Positions 42,964 to 52,976 of a DNA stretch of 64,000 nt are shown here, piece after piece. The number at the start of each line of letters is the position of its first letter. Positions within the stretch are counted from its first letter, which is position 1. The translations under genes were made by a program, and so were the position numbers. Source of the stretch: a virus (Duplodnaviria; Caudoviricetes). Location of the stretch: IMG/VR virus record IMGVR_UViG_3300046167_000801; one strand, written 5' to 3'. The notes under the pieces were generated by a model. The model searched no databases. It saw nothing but the letters and a program-made list of their open reading frames with translations, and had not been told where the DNA came from.

Positions 42964-44550
42964 ATGGCAAGAAAGTTTACAGTAACATTAACTAGTGGAA
43001 CCGATCAAGGTCCCTATAATATATACTACGATACCGTATCCGTAGGAACACTTGCAGATCTATTCGGTACATCAAATAAAGCGGAGAATCTAACACTATC
43101 CCAAGTACAATCTGGTGTAGTAATAGAAGTACCCGATAATGCAAATAGTATCATATTCTTTAATACTAATCCCGATGTTGCAACCGACTGTCCAACAAAT
43201 ACAGAAATTTTTAATTTAACATCCCAACCAACACAAACACCCATACCAACATATACTCCGGTACCAACAGAAACACCAACACCAACACCTACGGATGAGG
43301 TCACATGTCAATGTTATGAGTTTATTAACGCAACTACCAATGCTATTTCATATACATATACTGATTGTAGTGGCACAAGTATAGAGGCGGTTTCCGACAA
43401 AGAACCATGGACATTCTACGTATGTGCTCAAAGTATAGACAGTGTTACTAATAGTAAATTAACATATAGTCTTTACGGTTCATGTTCTGAAGGGGTTTGT
43501 GATAACATGCCAACACCAATACCAACATATACACCGGTACCAACAGAAACACCGACACCTACACCTACTCCAAGCCCAACGGCAGATAATGTACAGATCA
43601 GAAATCTAAAATTTGCACACTGTAATACGGTAGAGACCTCACCTGTTAGTGAAGAGGTGGGTACTCAAGCTGCTGGAGGACCATCAGAACCACCTATTTA
43701 CTTAACTACAGATGAATATGGGTCTACACCAACGATAGGGGATACAGTATATGTAAGACTTGATGGTGAGACTAATAATAAATGTTATGAATATATAGGA
43801 ATAGAAACAGGGGCTAATGTATCTCTCACTATAATTAATACTTCATGTGTATGTCCGAGTTTAGAACCAACAGAAACACCAACACCAACACCTACAGAAA
43901 CACCAGCACCTACAAGTATAGAGGAACCATGTGTTGATATAGAATTTAATGGAAAAAGTGAAACCGTAGGTGGTACTGTTACATATGAAGATTGTGATGG
44001 TAACACACGTACTTTAACGGTACCTGGTGGAGATAGTATACCGGCACCTACATGTGTTAGAAATAATTCGTGGACGTACAGTATTCCAGATAACTTCACA
44101 CCTGCAACATTAGTAGTAGGAGATTGTGGTAATTCTAATGGATCAGAAGTAACACCAACACCAACAGCCACAAGTAGTAAAGGTGACGTAGGTGGACCAA
44201 TCGGAGCGAATGAGTACTACCTCAGTTCGGGTAGATCAGTTTCGAATGATTTCTGTCAAGCACCAGGTTACACCGCCACCAGAGCAATAACATCTTCCGC
44301 CACATCTATTGGTAATATGTTGAATACTACAGTATATGATGATGGAGATCCAATTGTAGGTAACCCATTACTATTTTATTTTGTATCTGAAAGCCAAGGT
44401 GAGAACTCAAATGAGACAGTTGGTAATCCACAATACATAAACATTAGTGAACAGGGGGTTGTAACAGACGTAGGTCAAATGTGTGGTTCAGGGACTGGAG
44501 AGAATCCTTATAGTGAGCCAATCAATCCTACATCAACCCCGACTGAATAA
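42964..44550 (+). CDS. Modular PT-linker Cys-rich virion/fibre protein (528 aa)
   Basis: N-module homologous to the N-terminus of 33607..39780; CVDIEF...CDG...VPGGD...CVRxNSW module shared with 44628..46595. Confidence 0.7.
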   Translation: MARKFTVTLTSGTDQGPYNIYYDTVSVGTLADLFGTSNKAENLTLSQVQSGVVIEVPDNANSIIFFNTNPDVATDCPTNTEIFNLTSQPTQTPIPTYTPVPTETPTPTPTDEVTCQCYEFINATTNAISYTYTDCSGTSIEAVSDKEPWTFYVCAQSIDSVTNSKLTYSLYGSCSEGVCDNMPTPIPTYTPVPTETPTPTPTPSPTADNVQIRNLKFAHCNTVETSPVSEEVGTQAAGGPSEPPIYLTTDEYGSTPTIGDTVYVRLDGETNNKCYEYIGIETGANVSLTIINTSCVCPSLEPTETPTPTPTETPAPTSIEEPCVDIEFNGKSETVGGTVTYEDCDGNTRTLTVPGGDSIPAPTCVRNNSWTYSIPDNFTPATLVVGDCGNSNGSEVTPTPTATSSKGDVGGPIGANEYYLSSGRSVSNDFCQAPGYTATRAITSSATSIGNMLNTTVYDDGDPIVGNPLLFYFVSESQGENSNETVGNPQYINISEQGVVTDVGQMCGSGTGENPYSEPINPTSTPTE

Positions 44551-44598
44551 AACATATTGTTAAATTGTTTTTATCGGTTTATTATTCTCTTTCTATTG

Positions 44599-44606
44599 TA
44601 TTTATA
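44599..44606 (+). promoter_or_regulatory. TATTTATA putative late promoter motif
   Basis: Upstream of ATG 44628. Confidence 0.55.
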
Positions 44607-44627
44607 TACATAGACTAAATAGATATA

Positions 44628-46595
44628 ATGGGTAATCTTGTAACGGTTAAAAATAATTATGATAATGGAGTGTGTAGTGGGTTTACCATATATACAGGTA
44701 CAACCTATAATGGACACCCATTTACAATACCACCATCAGCAAACAGTATTGGTTTTCATACATTACCACATACTTTTGATATTGGTTTTTATAGTGGGCC
44801 ATTATATGTCTTTTTAGAACATTGTGATAATCATATTTCACCCCCTCCAAATGAAGACCCAAAAAAACAAGGTGGATTCCAAGTAGTATTAATAGATGTT
44901 GATTGTGAAGTATGTCCACCAAACTCAGATGCAATTAATTGTACAATGGTTGTTAGTTTTGTAGAGGAGACGTTAACGGATTGTAATTTCAGTGTTAGTT
45001 TTGTGGAAGGTTCATACCCCACACCTACGGGTACCCCAACAAGTACGGAGACACCTACTCCCACTCCAACAAGTACGGAGACTCCAACACCTACAAGTAC
45101 AGAAACACCCACACCAACACCAATCGTTGTGTCGGACATTGACGTATTTTTAAATAATGGTAGTTCACCGAGTTCGATTTACTCGTATAACCCTAATACT
45201 ACGGTATTAACGTATTTATTTGACTCGACTAACTCATCATATGATATTGCAAACACAAGCAATAAATTATGGGTATATGACGGTGGTGCTAGTACTTCAT
45301 TGTTAGAATACGACATAACGTTAAATCCTTTCTCCCAAACCTTCAATAGAACTATAACATCAGTATCTTCAAATTCTGGTTTATGTGCAATTAATGACAC
45401 CACGTTAATAAACATTGATGGAAGTGATGTTTATGAGTTAGATATAACAACTAATGTTCCTTCCGCAACACTTAAATGGTCGATGATTACAGGAAGAGTG
45501 GTTCAGGGGGATTATATGTACACCACAACAAATAAATTAATTGTTACCAATAACGGTTATATTACTCAGTATGATTATGCCACTGGAACTGTTGAGGTGG
45601 ATATAGACATAAGCGGAACCATACCAAACGCTTACGGGGTATTCGAATATGGGTCAGGTATATATATAGTCGATGTTGGTGGAGAGATTTACCAAATAAT
45701 GGGAACTTCACCTTATACTTTAACATTGGTAGACGATGTACTATTCACGGTATATGGGGCATCTCAAATCCCTTCAAAAATAACCGAAGATTTTACACCC
45801 GTCACCGAATCAACATCAACACCAACTCCAACAAGTACGGAGACGCCGACACCTACACCTACTAATACACCAACGCCAAGCCCAACAAGTAGTCCAACAC
45901 CTACACCTACAAGTAGTCCAACACCCACAAGTACAGAAACATCTACCCCTACTCCCACTCCAACAAGTACGGAGACACCTACACCTACACCAACAAGTAC
46001 GGAGACACCTACACCTACACCAACAAGTAGTCCTACACCAATACCTACAGATACACCAATACCGACATATACTCCTATTCCAACAGAGACACCAACCCCA
46101 ACACCTACAGAAACCTGTGTTGATATAGAATTTTGTTCGAAGGAAGGGACTGCAGGTTCTGAAGTACAATATGAAGGATGTGATGGTATCACATATAATC
46201 TATCTGTACCTGGTGGGGATTGTGTACAACCACCTAGATGTGTTAGAAGTAATTCATGGATATATAGTAATCCAAACAATATGGAACCTGTAACATTACT
46301 ACCAGGAGATTGTGCAGGATCACCACCACCACAAACAGCAACACCTGTACCGACAGCATTACCGACTTGTGTGTGTATAGAGTTTACAAACATTTCAACT
46401 GGTGACAGGGCGGGATATTACGATGATTGTAGTGGAATATCACAAACAGTGGTTGTTGGGTCATATGCGACGGAAAAGGTGTGTGGAGATGGTAACAACA
46501 TAACAGTATCGGACCCTAAAGTACAATATCAAATAACAGGTAATTGTTTTGAAGGTAGTTGTCCTGATAATGATAGAGTAGAAGAACCCAGATAA
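44628..46595 (+). CDS. Modular PT-linker protein with a probable beta-propeller-like central domain and two Cys-rich C-terminal modules (655 aa)
   Basis: Repeated short beta-blade-like units ([48 protein letters not shown]) between PT linkers. Confidence 0.6.
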   Translation: MGNLVTVKNNYDNGVCSGFTIYTGTTYNGHPFTIPPSANSIGFHTLPHTFDIGFYSGPLYVFLEHCDNHISPPPNEDPKKQGGFQVVLIDVDCEVCPPNSDAINCTMVVSFVEETLTDCNFSVSFVEGSYPTPTGTPTSTETPTPTPTSTETPTPTSTETPTPTPIVVSDIDVFLNNGSSPSSIYSYNPNTTVLTYLFDSTNSSYDIANTSNKLWVYDGGASTSLLEYDITLNPFSQTFNRTITSVSSNSGLCAINDTTLINIDGSDVYELDITTNVPSATLKWSMITGRVVQGDYMYTTTNKLIVTNNGYITQYDYATGTVEVDIDISGTIPNAYGVFEYGSGIYIVDVGGEIYQIMGTSPYTLTLVDDVLFTVYGASQIPSKITEDFTPVTESTSTPTPTSTETPTPTPTNTPTPSPTSSPTPTPTSSPTPTSTETSTPTPTPTSTETPTPTPTSTETPTPTPTSSPTPIPTDTPIPTYTPIPTETPTPTPTETCVDIEFCSKEGTAGSEVQYEGCDGITYNLSVPGGDCVQPPRCVRSNSWIYSNPNNMEPVTLLPGDCAGSPPPQTATPVPTALPTCVCIEFTNISTGDRAGYYDDCSGISQTVVVGSYATEKVCGDGNNITVSDPKVQYQITGNCFEGSCPDNDRVEEPR

Positions 46596-46611
46596 TAAAA
46601 TTATTCTATGA

Positions 46612-46619
46612 TATTTATA
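46612..46619 (+). promoter_or_regulatory. TATTTATA putative late promoter motif
   Basis: Upstream of ATG 46649. Confidence 0.55.
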
Positions 46620-46648
46620 ATTAACATTAAAAAGCGTATACTTTAATT

Positions 46649-48940
46649 ATGAGTTTCTTAAATCAAAATAATGCAGAGTTCCTGTCAGCGAGATTAACCC
46701 AAAAAGGGAGAAAGTCTATTGCAGAAGGGGACTTCCAAATAAAGTTTTTTCAGGTTGGTGATTCTGAGTTCGATTATACTCAACCCTTTAACCAATTAAC
46801 TGGTGAGATAGATACACCACAACAAAATGTTTTTGCACCTTTTGATAAAGATAGTCAAGTAAAGTATCCTTATTTAATGGATAATAACCAAACTACAACG
46901 TATGGTGTACCAATAAAGGATTCAATTACTGAAACTCTAAGAAATGGAATGGGACCTGCAGGGTTCATAACAGAATATAAAGAGTATGATGAGGTTAATT
47001 GTAGTGGTACTACTATAGAATGTGCAACAGTTAGAATACCTCTAAGTGGGGTTAGTGCAACTAATACGATTACATTTACGGAAACACAGGCATATTTAGA
47101 TTGTGATAATGGATCGGTTTCTTCTATAGATACTGATTACTTATCAAGATTTAATCAATGCGAATACATCACCATAGTTTTCAATAATGAATTTGTGAGT
47201 GAAGAACAAGTTGTTACAGGAAATTCAACTAGTTTAGTTTATAAAATTTTAAATATAACAACAGTTACGGGAGTTACAACAACACCTAATTGTGATGAAG
47301 TAATAACAGGACAAACAACAATAACTGTTGATAGGTACACCCCCGATTTTAGTTCAATTAATGGTTATGCTGAAGTCGTTTGTAATAAATGTAAAATAGA
47401 ACATCCTTTATCAGGAACTACTTCTGAAGTCTGTGTGTCAAACCAAGTTGATCCAAGTGAACAACATGACCCATGGACATTAAATACTGTTTGGAAGGAA
47501 TTACCAATAGGTGGTCAGATTGACGATGAAAGTATAAGTGGATACACCAGTGCAAAACACATATCCACAATGGAGTATTTAGGTTATGGTACTTCAGAAG
47601 GTCAAGTTACAAACACAGGTACAACATATTTTAATTCATTTAATGAGGAGATTGTTGTTTCGCCAGAAGAACAAAAATGTATAGCGGTAATCCACTATTC
47701 TGAATTAGGTCATGTATTTGAGGATCCTGAAAGATTTTTTAAGTATGATGATTACGTCGGTAGTTCCACAGGAACCACAAAAGGTGTATTGGTTGATGAA
47801 GAAGTTATTTCAGATGTAGAATTTTTTAATATATACATACCATTTATATATTATGAAAATAGTACGGGAACTACAGTGGGCGCTGAATTTAAAATGGATG
47901 TGACGGATTATTTTATGGACTCAACAGTCGCAGGGACACCTGGAGATATAAGAACCAAATATGTTAAGTTTAGATACGTTTTAGATGAAATAGGTAAAAG
48001 AGTTGGTAAAATATTTGTAGATAAGAAAATCATAGTATTTGATGATCAAGAAATGGTTGCTTTACTAGATTATAGATCTAATAGAAGATATACCTTACCA
48101 ACACCAAAAGTTTACCATATCCCAAGTGATGGGGTAGTAGCGGAGTCGTGTTTTTCGGGAACAACTGCACAAACATATTATTTAACATATATGTTGAGTT
48201 ATGAATCAGGCAATGAATTCCAATTAAACAGTTTACCGTGTAATAATTTCTCTAAAGTACAAATAAATATAGTTGATAATGAATGTGAGATTAAGTATCC
48301 CGCAAACATAGGATTTAAATGGGGAGGGACAGATCACCCAAATAATGTAGGATCATTCCAACACATGAACACAACCTTCAGTGGTTCAACTAAGGGTTAT
48401 ATCGCAAATAAATTATGGGTTTTAGTACAAGAAACAACAAATGAGGTTGGTTTGATACCCGACCCTACACAATGGACTAAAATAGATATTACGGATAAGA
48501 TACCTAATCACGTATCGGGGTTAATAGACCCTACTAATCTTAGGGACCATACCTTTGTAATAACACAAAATGATATAGACGGAGGTAACCTATTTGATTT
48601 AGAAAATTATTTAAAAGAATTACCAACGGGTACCGATTATATGGGTAGTCAAGACCCATCTTCTGACCCACAATTTGGAGATGAGCAACCTTTTCCGGGG
48701 AGTGTCAAATTAGTTAGATGTACTGACATTGAAGAAATGAGATTTTTGGTTAATTTACCACATACTCAATGGAATATAACTCAAAACCCAACATATAATA
48801 ATGGTATGAGATCCAATGAAGAAAGAATTACTGAAGTGGCCTTACTTAATCAGAATAAAGAAACTTTAGTTACGGCTAAGACATCAACCCCAATTAAGAG
48901 GAAGGGGTCTCAAGTCATTTCAGTAAAAATAGATTTTTAA
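46649..48940 (+). CDS. Virion structural protein, tail-collar/fibre-attachment-like termini
   Basis: N-terminal ARLTQKGRKSIAEGDFQIKFFQVGDSE and C-terminal ITEVALLNQNKETLVTAKTSTPIKR resemble tail-collar fibre (gpH N-terminal-like) motifs. Confidence 0.5.
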   Translation: MSFLNQNNAEFLSARLTQKGRKSIAEGDFQIKFFQVGDSEFDYTQPFNQLTGEIDTPQQNVFAPFDKDSQVKYPYLMDNNQTTTYGVPIKDSITETLRNGMGPAGFITEYKEYDEVNCSGTTIECATVRIPLSGVSATNTITFTETQAYLDCDNGSVSSIDTDYLSRFNQCEYITIVFNNEFVSEEQVVTGNSTSLVYKILNITTVTGVTTTPNCDEVITGQTTITVDRYTPDFSSINGYAEVVCNKCKIEHPLSGTTSEVCVSNQVDPSEQHDPWTLNTVWKELPIGGQIDDESISGYTSAKHISTMEYLGYGTSEGQVTNTGTTYFNSFNEEIVVSPEEQKCIAVIHYSELGHVFEDPERFFKYDDYVGSSTGTTKGVLVDEEVISDVEFFNIYIPFIYYENSTGTTVGAEFKMDVTDYFMDSTVAGTPGDIRTKYVKFRYVLDEIGKRVGKIFVDKKIIVFDDQEMVALLDYRSNRRYTLPTPKVYHIPSDGVVAESCFSGTTAQTYYLTYMLSYESGNEFQLNSLPCNNFSKVQINIVDNECEIKYPANIGFKWGGTDHPNNVGSFQHMNTTFSGSTKGYIANKLWVLVQETTNEVGLIPDPTQWTKIDITDKIPNHVSGLIDPTNLRDHTFVITQNDIDGGNLFDLENYLKELPTGTDYMGSQDPSSDPQFGDEQPFPGSVKLVRCTDIEEMRFLVNLPHTQWNITQNPTYNNGMRSNEERITEVALLNQNKETLVTAKTSTPIKRKGSQVISVKIDF

Positions 48941-48989
48941 TCTTTACAATCTCCTTAAATTTACTTATTAATTGTCTATATACATTTAT

Positions 48990-49595
48990 ATGGACAAGAA
49001 ATTTAAAAATAAACCAAAAATATTAGGGTTAGATATTTCCACAAAAACAATTGGGTGGGCATTATTTGACATAACTGGTTCTCATTTACTTGAGTTAACT
49101 CACTTTTCACCTAAGATAAAACCAAAACCCGAAGATAAGATAGAAGAACTACTTAAAAAGGCGGATGGTTTTAGAAAACACTTAGAAAACTATAAAGATA
49201 TTGGTATTACTAAGGTCATTATCGAAGAACCACTATTAAATTCAAACAATGTTTACACGGTAGGTACTCTACTTAGATATAATAGTATGATTCTTTTATC
49301 ATGTTTTGATGTCTTAGGTATTGTACCAACTTTTATATCAACATATAATGCAAGAAAATTTGCATTCCCCGATCTAGTGGGTAAAAACACAAAGGGTAGA
49401 AACGTATTGTTTGGGGGTTACCCTAAAACCATAGATAAAAAACATGTGGTATGGGAGCACGTAAATGATTTATTTCCTGAAGTCGAATGGCCACTCGCAA
49501 GGACAGGTAACCTTAAAAAAGAAAACTATGACATGAGTGATGCGGCCACTGCGGTTATAGGATACATAAATAAAATAAAAAGTGAGGGGAAATAA
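48990..49595 (+). CDS. ruvC: RuvC-like Holliday junction resolvase
   Basis: ILGLDISTKTIGWA, VIIEEP and DMSDA acidic motifs of the RNase H fold. ATG at 48990 preferred over the listed 48972 start. Confidence 0.7.
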   Translation: MDKKFKNKPKILGLDISTKTIGWALFDITGSHLLELTHFSPKIKPKPEDKIEELLKKADGFRKHLENYKDIGITKVIIEEPLLNSNNVYTVGTLLRYNSMILLSCFDVLGIVPTFISTYNARKFAFPDLVGKNTKGRNVLFGGYPKTIDKKHVVWEHVNDLFPEVEWPLARTGNLKKENYDMSDAATAVIGYINKIKSEGK

Positions 49596-49639
49596 GAAAG
49601 GGACTTTACTTTCTTAATAAAATTACTTATATTTATTAA

Positions 49640-49727
49640 TGAAAAGAGAAAACGGGGCGTATAGGGTTTATTCCTTATACGTTGGTTGGTTGTCCCCAGG
49701 GAGTGGTGTTCCTGGGGACTTTTTTTT
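49640..49727 (+). ncRNA. Candidate small RNA with two hairpins
   Basis: TATTTATT at 49630-49637, stem GCGTATAGGG/CCTTATACGT, then an 11-bp terminator stem and T8. Confidence 0.4.
49692..49727 (+). terminator. Strong intrinsic terminator
   Basis: GTCCCCAGGGA-GTGGTG-TTCCTGGGGAC followed by TTTTTTTT. Confidence 0.85.
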
Positions 49728-49754
49728 GTCATTTATTTTTCGTATATTATAACT

Positions 49755-50696
49755 ATGATGACCCAAGAAGTAGATTTTATACCGTTAGTTGATGTTCTCC
49801 ACGATATATTTGGTGACAGTAGATCACACAATGATGCGAGGGGTCAAATTACGTTCGATTGTCCCGTATGTTCACATGATGTAAAGGGTTTAGATGAAGG
49901 TGATGGTAAAGGTAATTTAGAGATAAACTATAAAATGTTTGTATATAAATGTTGGGTTTGTTCTGAAACCCACCACACACACGGACATTTAAATAGGTTA
50001 GTTTACAAGTATGGTAGTAAAATACAAATTAGAGATTTCAAATTATATAGTCCTGATGAATTTGTATATCGGGCAGATAAAAAATTTAAAAAATTAAGAC
50101 TACCTAAAGAATTTATAGAATTTTCAGAGGCGAGTACAGGTAGAAAATTGACACACCAATATAAACGAGCATACAATTATTTGAGGGGTAGAAATATAAC
50201 CGATGAAATGATTAAAAAATACCGAATTGGTTATTGTGACAATGGTTTATATGAAAATAGGGTAATTATACCGTCGTACGATGAATACGATGACATAAAT
50301 TATTTTGTTGCTAGGTCTTTTACAAGGTATAGTAGGAGAAAGTATATGAATCCCCAAGCAGATAAAGATAATCTAATATGGAACGAACATTTGATAGATT
50401 GGGACAAACCCGTTTATATTGTTGAGGGGGCATTTGATAGTTTATTTTTAGAAAACTCTATACCAATGTTAGGTAAGTTCATTACCGATAATTTATTGGA
50501 AAAAATATATGATAACGCAAATAAAGTAACCATTGTTTTGGATGGGGATGCGTGGTCAGATACTGTAAAATTATACCACAGAATGAATGTGGGAAGACTC
50601 ATGGGTAAAATATGGGTAATAAAATTAGACTCAGATAAGGACATTGCCGATATGGGTGGTGACTTATCAAATCACAACGAAACACAATTAGATTAA
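49755..50696 (+). CDS. dnaG: DNA primase (zinc finger + TOPRIM)
   Basis: CPVC...CWVC zinc-binding motif, RVIIP, YIVEGAFD and VLDGDA TOPRIM motifs. Start reassigned to ATG 49755 because the listed GTG lies inside the terminator. Confidence 0.85.
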   Translation: MMTQEVDFIPLVDVLHDIFGDSRSHNDARGQITFDCPVCSHDVKGLDEGDGKGNLEINYKMFVYKCWVCSETHHTHGHLNRLVYKYGSKIQIRDFKLYSPDEFVYRADKKFKKLRLPKEFIEFSEASTGRKLTHQYKRAYNYLRGRNITDEMIKKYRIGYCDNGLYENRVIIPSYDEYDDINYFVARSFTRYSRRKYMNPQADKDNLIWNEHLIDWDKPVYIVEGAFDSLFLENSIPMLGKFITDNLLEKIYDNANKVTIVLDGDAWSDTVKLYHRMNVGRLMGKIWVIKLDSDKDIADMGGDLSNHNETQLD

Positions 50697-51550
50697 TGGA
50701 TTTAAATAAAGAGGCAGAGAAAATAAGAAAAATACTAAATAAAAGAAGAGAAGATATAAGTTTAACTTTTATTGAGGAAGACCATTTATATTTCATGAGG
50801 GATAATAATGGTATGATTAGGTCTAATTATCCATCGGTATCCAAGGTTATAAAAAAATTCTATGAAGAGTTTGATTCTGAAGGTATCTCATGGAGAATGT
50901 CTAAGGGAGACAAACAAAAACAGAAAGAATTATTAAAGGAGTGGGCCGATAAAGGAACTTACGCAACTAACCAAGGGAGTAGGGTACATTACATTTTAGA
51001 AAAAGAGTTGATCTCAGAGTACGGAGATTATAAAGATGTAAGAGAACCAATATATCAATGTGATGAGGAACAAATAGAACGAAGTAATAATATGATAGGT
51101 GCGGGAAAAGACTTTATAAAGTTAATGCACGAAAGAAATGCAGTATTACTCGATACGGAAATTGTCTTAGGTGATCCTGATTTAGGTTATGTGGGTCAAC
51201 CTGATAAGGTGTGGTTAGTTGAGAATAAAGAAGGTACCGATTATGGTATTGTTATTACTGATTGGAAAACAAATAAACCTGAAAACTTTAAAAAGAAACA
51301 TTACACAAAAAAAATGTATCCACCTTTTGATAATGTAGATAGTACTGCATTAGGTCACTATTATTTACAACTACCCTTTTACGGTAGACTTCTTATGAAG
51401 ATGTTAGAGGGTTCGGATTTTGAACACAAGAAATTGTTAGGTTGTATAATCGTCTTGGTAAAGGAAGATATGAGTTATGAGGAATATAGGGTACCTAAAG
51501 ATGTCACACATAAAATCCTTTTAATGGATATGGATAAAGTTTTAAAATAA
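50696..51550 (+). CDS. PD-(D/E)XK exonuclease (RecB/Cas4-like family)
   Basis: GSRVHYILE, YVGQPDKVW, ITDWKT and YYLQL motifs. Confidence 0.75.
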   Translation: MDLNKEAEKIRKILNKRREDISLTFIEEDHLYFMRDNNGMIRSNYPSVSKVIKKFYEEFDSEGISWRMSKGDKQKQKELLKEWADKGTYATNQGSRVHYILEKELISEYGDYKDVREPIYQCDEEQIERSNNMIGAGKDFIKLMHERNAVLLDTEIVLGDPDLGYVGQPDKVWLVENKEGTDYGIVITDWKTNKPENFKKKHYTKKMYPPFDNVDSTALGHYYLQLPFYGRLLMKMLEGSDFEHKKLLGCIIVLVKEDMSYEEYRVPKDVTHKILLMDMDKVLK

Positions 51551-51999
51551 TGGGAAAAGGAAAGATAGGTTTTACTGCGGGTAATTTTGATTTATTACAT
51601 CCGGGTTATATATACACTTTCGAGACCGCAAAACAACATTGTGATTGGTTTATTGTCTTCCTACAAAGAGATCCATCTTTACATAGAAAAAGTAAATATA
51701 AACCTGTTATCCCTCTTTACGAAAGATATAAAACTCTAATGTCTATACAATACATAGATGAAGTATTCGTATACCAAACAGAAGAAGAATTATTAGAATT
51801 GATAAATATAATTAAACCTGATATCAGAATATTGGGTGAAGATTATTTAGGTAAAGATTTCACAGGGAAAGAACTACCAATAGAGGTAATATATACAACT
51901 AGATCCCATAATTGGTCAACTACTAAAATAAAAGATCTTATTACAAGACAGACCATACAACAAAACCCAAACATATTAAATGATGGAGAAGAAATTTAA
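51550..51999 (+). CDS. Cytidylyltransferase-like nucleotidyltransferase (TagD/RfaE-like)
   Basis: FTAGNFDLLHPGY (HxGH-type motif), IKPDIRILGEDY and STTKI. Confidence 0.8.
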   Translation: MGKGKIGFTAGNFDLLHPGYIYTFETAKQHCDWFIVFLQRDPSLHRKSKYKPVIPLYERYKTLMSIQYIDEVFVYQTEEELLELINIIKPDIRILGEDYLGKDFTGKELPIEVIYTTRSHNWSTTKIKDLITRQTIQQNPNILNDGEEI

Positions 52000-52735
52000 G
52001 AAAGGAGTTATTGCGGGTAATTTTGATATTATTCATCCAGGTTATGTTCACATGTTTAAAGAGTGTTTCGATCAATGTGAAGAGTTTATAATTTTATTAC
52101 ATACCGATCCATCAATTGAAAGACCTAAAGAAAAATTAAAACCAATTTTAGATATACAGGAAAGAATGCAGATCCTTTTCTCTATAAGATTCATTTCAAA
52201 TATATATACATATACATATGAAAAGGATTTGGTTGAACTTCTTAAAGAGATAAAACCCGACGTAAGGTTCCAAGGTGTTGACTATAAAGACCGAAAATTC
52301 ACTGGCGATGAGTTAGATATTCCAATATCATGGATTAATAGGGATCATGGATGGTCTACCACAAAATTTAAAAAACTGATAAGTGAGTCGACTTATCAAA
52401 GTGAGGTTAAACCTTGGGGTGAATATAAAGTAGTTTACGAAACAGATAAATGTAAAGTAAAGAATATTATATTAAATCCAGAACAAAGAATGTCTTACCA
52501 ATACCATACTGAAAGGCAGGAGGTATGGACAGTCACCAAAGGAACTTTGACCATTGTATTAGATGATGAAAAAATTTTTAGAGGTGAGGGACAATCAGTT
52601 AGAATACCTAAAGGGAGAAAACACAGAGCATGGAATGAGACAGATGAGGTTGTTGAATTTGTAGAAGTCCAAACAGGAACTTACTTTGGTGAGGACGATA
52701 TCATTAGAATAGAAGACGATTATAAAAGAGAGTAA
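51980..52735 (+). CDS. Cytidylyltransferase-like domain fused to a mannose-6-phosphate-isomerase-type cupin
   Basis: N-terminal GNFDIIHPGY...STTKF; C-terminal KPWGEY...RMSYQYH..RQEVWTV..G...IPKGRKHR...VEVQTGTYFGEDDIIRIEDDYKR as in ManC-type cupins. Confidence 0.8.
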   Translation: MMEKKFKKGVIAGNFDIIHPGYVHMFKECFDQCEEFIILLHTDPSIERPKEKLKPILDIQERMQILFSIRFISNIYTYTYEKDLVELLKEIKPDVRFQGVDYKDRKFTGDELDIPISWINRDHGWSTTKFKKLISESTYQSEVKPWGEYKVVYETDKCKVKNIILNPEQRMSYQYHTERQEVWTVTKGTLTIVLDDEKIFRGEGQSVRIPKGRKHRAWNETDEVVEFVEVQTGTYFGEDDIIRIEDDYKRE

Positions 52736-52736
52736 T

Positions 52737-52976
52737 ATGAAAACAGTTAAAAATAATAGTGAAGACGTAAGAAGAGTTGATGACTCTACTGCAGAAATGT
52801 TGGTTAGTAGTGGTTCTTGGTTTTATTGTAGTAAAGAAGAATATAAGAAAAATAGAAAATCTGTTAAGGTAAAAACTAACAACAAAACCGAAACTAAAGA
52901 TATAGAAAACAGAGGTTTATCAGATAAAAAACTTAGAAGAGAAAGAAAACGAGCTAAATCAAATAGAAATGATTAA
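52737..52976 (+). CDS. Small basic hypothetical protein
   Basis: 79-aa ORF in the operon. Confidence 0.6.
   Translation: MKTVKNNSEDVRRVDDSTAEMLVSSGSWFYCSKEEYKKNRKSVKVKTNNKTETKDIENRGLSDKKLRRERKRAKSNRND

Noticed and set aside
11707-46595. Eukaryotic giant-virus or eukaryotic origin, suggested by eukaryote-like RNR and mucin-like repeats
   Set aside because: Bacterial sigma-70, DnaB, DnaG-type primase, ClpP, intrinsic terminators and contractile-tail baseplate genes indicate a bacteriophage.
50696-51550. Cas4-like nuclease as evidence of a CRISPR-Cas or defence system
   Set aside because: Solo PD-(D/E)XK exonucleases next to primase are routine in phage replication modules; no cas1/cas2 or array is present.
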